DNA from: Mycobacteriales bacterium
GTDB taxonomy: Bacteria > Actinomycetota > Actinomycetes > JAFAQI01
Direction: 5' to 3'
DNA length: 64,000 nt
NCBI GenBank assembly: GCA_035547515.1
Contig: DASZUS010000027.1
Span: 9,189-73,188 of the forward strand
Every line of letters starts with the position of its first letter. The first letter of the stretch is position 1. Under the pieces are notes generated by a model. The model was given only the letters and a program-made list of their open reading frames with translations, was not told where the DNA came from and ran no database searches. Shown here in pieces: positions 59,365-64,000 of the stretch. A program made the position numbers and the translations under genes.

Positions 59365-60344
59365 TGCAGTTCGCCACTACTGGCGGGCTGCCCGTGCTGG
59401 GTCTCGAGTCGTAGCAGCGAGAGAAACATTGGAAGGTCGTTCCACCCGTCGAGCCAGATGGTGTTGACGTCGAGCGAGCGCAGGTACCGGTCCTTCACCG
59501 GACTACGCCGGCCCTGCACTGTGTAGGAAGCCGGCATGTTTGGACCGTAGAGCTGTCGAACGTCGTCATGAATCAGGTTGAAGTTCGGGTCGCTCAGGCT
59601 GAAACCTACGAATAGGAAGGCCGCGTCGCTCATCTCACTCCGTAGTAGGGACAGCATCTCCTGGCGCTCGCGCCTTGCCCTTGCGTAGTCGGACCGTGTG
59701 AGAACGATGGTGTCGGGCTGATCGATTGACCCATGAAGTTTGACCAGGTGGGACATGGAGCGCTCGGCCCGATGGGCTCGGAATTCATCTTCTGTGATGC
59801 TGACGCGCAAGGGCTGCGCGGCGTCCCTGTACGCGGCCTCAATGAGCTCGTCGAAGTTGGTCGTGAAGATGAGTGGAAGCTTCAGGCGGACGAGCTCGAC
59901 GTGGCTCGGTGTCGTCTGGATGAATGGTTGTCGCGTCGAATCAAACTGCATTGCAAGGAATTCGCGGTAGTTGGCTTCGCCCACTGTCTGTCGGAACAGC
60001 TGCGCGCAGTCCAGGGGGCCTTCTTCGATAAAGAAGGCTCGCAGTGAGTCCTGCTCAGCGTCAGGGGTCTGGATGGCGATCTCCCGGTACATGCGGTTCA
60101 CGAGCCATGGCCAGGAGGGCAGCGGCAGACCGTCGTCCTCTGGCGTGATTCCGCGGTGCGGAAAGTCTTGGGGCCACCACCTGTCGTACCGGTCGTAGTC
60201 GAAACGGGCGCGACCTTGCTGCCTCGCTGCGCCGAACGATAAGCCGGCACCGAGGAAGATCAGGAGGCGACCGCCGTCGCTGAGCGCGCTGCGCAGGCGG
60301 TGTAGAAGACCTAGATTCGCGTCGTCCTCGTGCCAGACAGTCAT
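59361..60344 (-). CDS. SIR2-like (SIR2_2-type) NAD-binding/NADase domain protein
   Basis: From the ATG at 60344 (GGGAGA SD): [45 protein letters not shown]. These appear in the order typical of defence-associated SIR2 domains. Confidence 0.8.
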   Translation of the reverse strand: MTVWHEDDANLGLLHRLRSALSDGGRLLIFLGAGLSFGAARQQGRARFDYDRYDRWWPQDFPHRGITPEDDGLPLPSWPWLVNRMYREIAIQTPDAEQDSLRAFFIEEGPLDCAQLFRQTVGEANYREFLAMQFDSTRQPFIQTTPSHVELVRLKLPLIFTTNFDELIEAAYRDAAQPLRVSITEDEFRAHRAERSMSHLVKLHGSIDQPDTIVLTRSDYARARRERQEMLSLLRSEMSDAAFLFVGFSLSDPNFNLIHDDVRQLYGPNMPASYTVQGRRSPVKDRYLRSLDVNTIWLDGWNDLPMFLSLLRLETQHGQPASSGELQ

Positions 60345-60414
60345 GGGTCGAGTCTCCCAAGCCACGGCGATTCTTACGCTTCGTCTCACTCGACTGGCCG
60401 GTCGAGGCGCCGCC

Positions 60415-61686
60415 TCAGTCGCGGCCGTTGCCTTCGCGGCTGCCAACGACGAGTTCCGTCATCAAGGCGGCAGCGCGCGCGGACCGCTCCTTCAAAACGT
60501 GGGAGTAGACGGTCCTGGTGACCATGACGCTGTTGTGGCCCAGCAGTTGGGCGACGATCTGGTCGTCGACGCCGGCGAAGATCATCGCGGTCGCCGTGGT
60601 GTGTCGAGTGTCGTGAAGCCGCAGCATCGGCAGCGGCTCGTCGGGGTGCTTCTTGTTGTACTGGGTGATCATTCGCTTGAAGGTCCGCGACAGCCGATCA
60701 GGGTGCAGCGGCGTACCGACTCGCTTGTCGGGCTGGTTGCGGCCGTCGCTGACGAAGACGTAGTCGCTCTCGACCCACTGGCCGGCTTCGCGCCCGGCGG
60801 CTCGTTCGGCGTCCTGCTTCGCTTTGTGCTTCTTTATGACCTCGATGAGGACGGCGTCGAGCGGGACGAACCGGCCCTTGCCTTGGCCCTTGGTGGTGTC
60901 GCGTTCGATGACCTTGCCGGAGTAGGTGGTGGTCCGATTGCGGGTGAGCGCGAGGGTGCCGTGTTCAAGGTCGACGCCGTCCCAGCGCAGGCCGAGCAGC
61001 TCGCCGCGTCGGGCGCCGCGGGTGAAGTACAGCCAGAACAGCGCGACCAGGCGGTGGTCGGCGTAGTGGGTCAGGAACGCGAGGATCTGTTCGGGCTGCC
61101 ATATGTCGTAGCTGCCTTGGTCGGACTTCGGCGGGGTGCGCGGGATGTCGTCCTTGCCGATCTGTGTGCACGGGTTGGTACGCCGCAGCGGCGGGTCGGC
61201 CGTGATCGCGTCACGGAAGCACGCCCGCAGGATGTTGTGCACGTAGGCAACGGTCCGCTGCGACAGCGGCCCGCGACCGCCGGGACTGCCGTGGAGCATG
61301 AGCCGGTCGTAGAGCTTGATCAGGTCGCGCGGCGCGACGTCTCGGACCGGCAGGTGGCCGAGGTCGGGCGCGATGTGCAGTCGGATGTACTTGCGGTAGG
61401 ACTCGTAGGTGGTCTCGCTGAACCGGCCGAGCCGGACCCGGCGCGCGAGGATCGTGTCCCACTCCGTGAACCACTCGCCCATCGTGAGCGCGGTCGTCGC
61501 GAGCGCGACGCCGTCGTGCCTGCTGTCGCTGTCGGTCTGCCCACGGATCCACCGGGTGCCGGCGGCGCGGGACGGCAGACCTTTCTTGCGCAAACGTCGG
61601 CCTCGGACCGTGACCTCGGCGGTGAAGGTGCCGGTGGCAGGGTTGGGGTAGACGGTGCCCTCGCCCCTGCTGCGCCGTCCCGCCAT
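60415..61686 (-). CDS. int: Tyrosine-type site-specific integrase
   Basis: 423 aa. Catalytic pattern GARRGELLGL (Arg), LHDTRHTTAT (His-x-x-Arg), LGHNS and TVYSHV (Tyr). N-terminal SAM-like/AP2-like arm domain. Confidence 0.9.
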   Translation of the reverse strand: MAGRRSRGEGTVYPNPATGTFTAEVTVRGRRLRKKGLPSRAAGTRWIRGQTDSDSRHDGVALATTALTMGEWFTEWDTILARRVRLGRFSETTYESYRKYIRLHIAPDLGHLPVRDVAPRDLIKLYDRLMLHGSPGGRGPLSQRTVAYVHNILRACFRDAITADPPLRRTNPCTQIGKDDIPRTPPKSDQGSYDIWQPEQILAFLTHYADHRLVALFWLYFTRGARRGELLGLRWDGVDLEHGTLALTRNRTTTYSGKVIERDTTKGQGKGRFVPLDAVLIEVIKKHKAKQDAERAAGREAGQWVESDYVFVSDGRNQPDKRVGTPLHPDRLSRTFKRMITQYNKKHPDEPLPMLRLHDTRHTTATAMIFAGVDDQIVAQLLGHNSVMVTRTVYSHVLKERSARAAALMTELVVGSREGNGRD

Positions 61687-61705
61687 CAGTGTTGTCTCCC
61701 TCTAC

Positions 61706-61912
61706 TTACAGTCGCCCCGCGGTGCGGGCCATCCAGGCACGCAGGTCGCCGGCTTCGAACCGCAGCTCGCGGCCGAGCTTGAGGGCCTTGAGTTCGCGGC
61801 GGTGCCGGTAGACCCAGTCCTTGCTCATCCGCAGTACTGCGGCGACTTCATCGACTGTCAGCAACGGCTCGACCGCAAGGGGTCTAGTGGCGTCTGTGGA
61901 CAACGTGGTCAT
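61706..61912 (-). CDS. xis: Excisionase / MerR-like HTH DNA-binding protein
   Basis: LLTVDEVAAVLRMSKDWVYRHRRELKALKLGRELRFEAGDLRAWM is the excisionase-family HTH_17 pattern. Start taken at ATG 61912, 8 nt after GAGGAGG. Confidence 0.7.
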   Translation of the reverse strand: MTTLSTDATRPLAVEPLLTVDEVAAVLRMSKDWVYRHRRELKALKLGRELRFEAGDLRAWMARTAGRL

Positions 61913-61925
61913 GCTGATCACCTCC

Positions 61926-64000
61926 TCACCGTGAGCGGCCGAAGCCGCGGTCCTGGTCTCGCGAGTAGCGCTGCAGGGTGCGCCACGGGTCGTCGGATCG
62001 TTGCCTGCGGGCGAGTTCCTGGCGGCGGCTGTCGCGGAGGCGCTCGATCAGCTCGCTGGTCAGGGTGCGAGTTCTGCGGTCCGAGCTCGCGCGGGGCGGT
62101 CCGCAGTCGATCGGGCTGTCGAGGTCTTCGGCGAGGTAGAGGTGGTTCGCGACTCGGCCGCGGGACAGTGCGACGTACCCGTGTTCCTTGGTGATCGGTC
62201 CGAGGCCGTAGACCAGGGTCGTGTCGACCGTGAGGCCTTGCGCCTTGTGGACAGTGGCGGCGTACCCGTAGGTCAGTTCGCCGTTGGTCAGCATCGTCCG
62301 GTCGAGCCTGACGGTGGCTCCGCTGTCGAGAGCGAGTTCGAGTCGGCCTGACCGTGGATGGACGACGGCGACGGTGCCGCGGGCACCGTTGACCAGACCG
62401 GCCCGTCGGTCGTTGACGGTGACGAGGATCCGGTCGCCGGCCCGGAACGCCGTCATCCCGTCGGGACTGGCGACGACGAGCTCCCGGGCGCCGAGTCGGC
62501 CGGTCGTAACCAGCTCACTGCGGATTGCGGTGTTGAGTGCGGCGACGTCGCGACGGCGCGCGGCGAGGACCAGTACGTCCTCGTCGCCGTCGGTGTGCTT
62601 GACGTAGTCGCGGGCGACGGTGGCGAGCAGATCCGCTCGGGTCGGCGCGGTGTGCACTCGGCCGTGCGCGCTGTAGGCGTCGAGCGCGGTGACCGGGTCG
62701 CCGTCCCGCAGCCTTCGTAGCGCGTCGCGTTCCCAGGGCTCGTGTTGGCGTTGGTTGCCGGACAGCCGGATCGCCTCAGGCCGTTCAGCGAGCGCGGCGA
62801 ACAGTCCACCGGCGCCGATCTCGGGGAGCTGGTGCGGATCGCCGATGAGGGTGAGCTTCCCGTCGACGGCGATCACATGTTGTTGGAGGCGGTGATAGGT
62901 GCGGGTGTTGACCAGACTTGCTTCGTCGAGCACGACGATCGCTCCGGGTGGGAGGCCGTGCCGGTCGGCGTCGTGGACCAGTTTGGTGAGGCTGACGGTC
63001 GGGATGCCGGTGGCGGCTTCGAGCTGTTCGGCGGCGAGCCACGAGACGCATGCGCCGAGGACCGGATGTCCGGAGACGGTCCAGATGTTGTGGGCTTCAG
63101 CGAGCGCGGCGGTCTTGCCGGACCCGGCGGGGCCGGCGACGACGTCGACCCGGCGGCCGGAGCTGGTCAGCTCGGTGACCATCGCGACCTGCTCGTCGGA
63201 CAGGTCCGCGAAGGCGAGTCGCCCGTCGCGGACCATCGACGAGGCGACACCGACCGGCCGCGCGGGTTCGGCGGTCGCGGCGGCGAGGGCGGCGTGTTCG
63301 ACCAGGAGCAGTTCGCGTGTGGTGTAGCGGCGTTCGCAGCCCTCGCGGGTCGCGACCGGGATTACCTCGTCCGTGCCGATCAGTGTCAGGACGAGCCGGT
63401 CAACGTCGGCGAGTTTGAGCGGCGTTCCGGCAGGCACGGTGTCGCAGATCGCCCGCGTCAGTTCCTGTCGGGTGAACGTGGTCCGGTCGGCGGTCACACC
63501 GTCCGGGCCGAACAGCTCGGCAGCGAGCCGGTCGACATCGACCGCGCCGGTGAGACGAGCCTGGCCCACGAGACTGCGAACTCTTGTCGCCGGGAAGCCG
63601 ATGGTTTTTGCGATGTCCGCCCATCGCTCGCGAAGCGCGACCTGACTCGTCCGGGGTTTGGCGGGACGGGTGTCCAGGCACGCAGCCTGGGCCGCTTTCG
63701 GTCCGCTGGTCCCGTGTCCGGTCATCGCGGCGACGATCTGTCGGCGACGTTGGGAGAACCCGTCGATGACCGGACGCGGGATCCCGACGATCTCCGCGAT
63801 GCCCTTGGTCACCGGGGTCCAGCCGACCCCGAGCGTGCGGGTCAGCTCCCCGCGCAGCACCGCCTGGTAGAGGCTGCTCGCGGTCCGGGAGTACCGGTAG
63901 ATCGCGGCGGTGTCCATCGCCGACCAGCGCCCGTCGATGCCTTGGACAAGGTTCGGGATGACGAGGTGCGTGTGCAGCTGCGGGTCGCCCGCCCGGCTGG
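61926..64000 (-). CDS. MobF-family (TrwC/TraA-like) relaxase-helicase; N-terminus outside window
   Basis: The frame stays open to the window edge and reads ...GDPQLHTHLVIPNLV (relaxase His-triad motif). Then VVAGPAGSGKTAAL (AAA_30 P-loop), VLDEASLV and YGYAATVHKAQGLTVD (UvrD_C-like). Confidence 0.85.
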   Translation of the reverse strand, partial: SRAGDPQLHTHLVIPNLVQGIDGRWSAMDTAAIYRYSRTASSLYQAVLRGELTRTLGVGWTPVTKGIAEIVGIPRPVIDGFSQRRRQIVAAMTGHGTSGPKAAQAACLDTRPAKPRTSQVALRERWADIAKTIGFPATRVRSLVGQARLTGAVDVDRLAAELFGPDGVTADRTTFTRQELTRAICDTVPAGTPLKLADVDRLVLTLIGTDEVIPVATREGCERRYTTRELLLVEHAALAAATAEPARPVGVASSMVRDGRLAFADLSDEQVAMVTELTSSGRRVDVVAGPAGSGKTAALAEAHNIWTVSGHPVLGACVSWLAAEQLEAATGIPTVSLTKLVHDADRHGLPPGAIVVLDEASLVNTRTYHRLQQHVIAVDGKLTLIGDPHQLPEIGAGGLFAALAERPEAIRLSGNQRQHEPWERDALRRLRDGDPVTALDAYSAHGRVHTAPTRADLLATVARDYVKHTDGDEDVLVLAARRRDVAALNTAIRSELVTTGRLGARELVVASPDGMTAFRAGDRILVTVNDRRAGLVNGARGTVAVVHPRSGRLELALDSGATVRLDRTMLTNGELTYGYAATVHKAQGLTVDTTLVYGLGPITKEHGYVALSRGRVANHLYLAEDLDSPIDCGPPRASSDRRTRTLTSELIERLRDSRRQELARRQRSDDPWRTLQRYSRDQDRGFGRSR

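Larger units (their letters stand above)
58733..64000. mobile_element. Left part of an integrative mobilisable/conjugative element inserted at the 3' end of tRNA-Leu(GAG); right end outside window
   Basis: A tyrosine integrase, an excisionase and a MobF relaxase lie directly downstream of the tRNA, all on the minus strand. G+C drops from about 72% to about 53-63% in counted lines. Confidence 0.7.

Noticed and set aside
60389-60406. CTCGAC-tggccg-GTCGAG hairpin between the int stop and the SIR2 start
   Set aside because: A 6-bp stem without a U-run could be a weak attenuator, but it cannot be separated from chance. I also could not identify a convincing promoter for the SIR2 cassette.

Overview
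This is high-G+C DNA (about 70-72% in core lines I hand-counted) and looks like an actinobacterial chromosome. Most of it is conserved housekeeping. Gene order matches three Mycobacterium tuberculosis blocks as I remember them. The first is gcvH-garA-merR-nuclease-merR-gcvP (Rv1826-Rv1832), with a tandem glycine riboswitch. The second is rbpA/lnt (Rv2050/51c). The third runs helY-tatC-tatA-pafC-pafB-pafA ... prcA-prcB-pup-dop-mpa-trmI ... mshC (Rv2092c-Rv2135c), so the complete Pup-proteasome system is present. Two tRNAs are present, Pro-GGG and Leu-GAG. I saw no rRNA, CRISPR array or transposase. The main accessory feature starts right after tRNA-Leu (58733 to the window end). It is an integrative element with a tyrosine integrase, an excisionase and a MobF/TrwC relaxase. 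Between the tRNA and int it carries a low-G+C two-gene cassette: a SIR2-like NADase-type protein translationally coupled to a 168-aa protein I cannot assign to any family. This is my best candidate for an undescribed defence or toxin-like system. Other points worth a second look: an endonuclease VII gene wedged between pup and prcB; a catalytically dead S1-protease homologue between pafA and prcA; a perfect palindrome forming symmetric divergent promoters between pafB and a DUF3866 gene; a RecA-NDp/PafBC-type promoter in front of a Cas4/RecB-like nuclease; a frameshifted PD-(D/E)XK endonuclease gene next to tRNA-Pro; and a 2TM-GAF gene with a coupled small ORF. All calls rest on reading the supplied translations and the DNA by eye. 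No database search was run.
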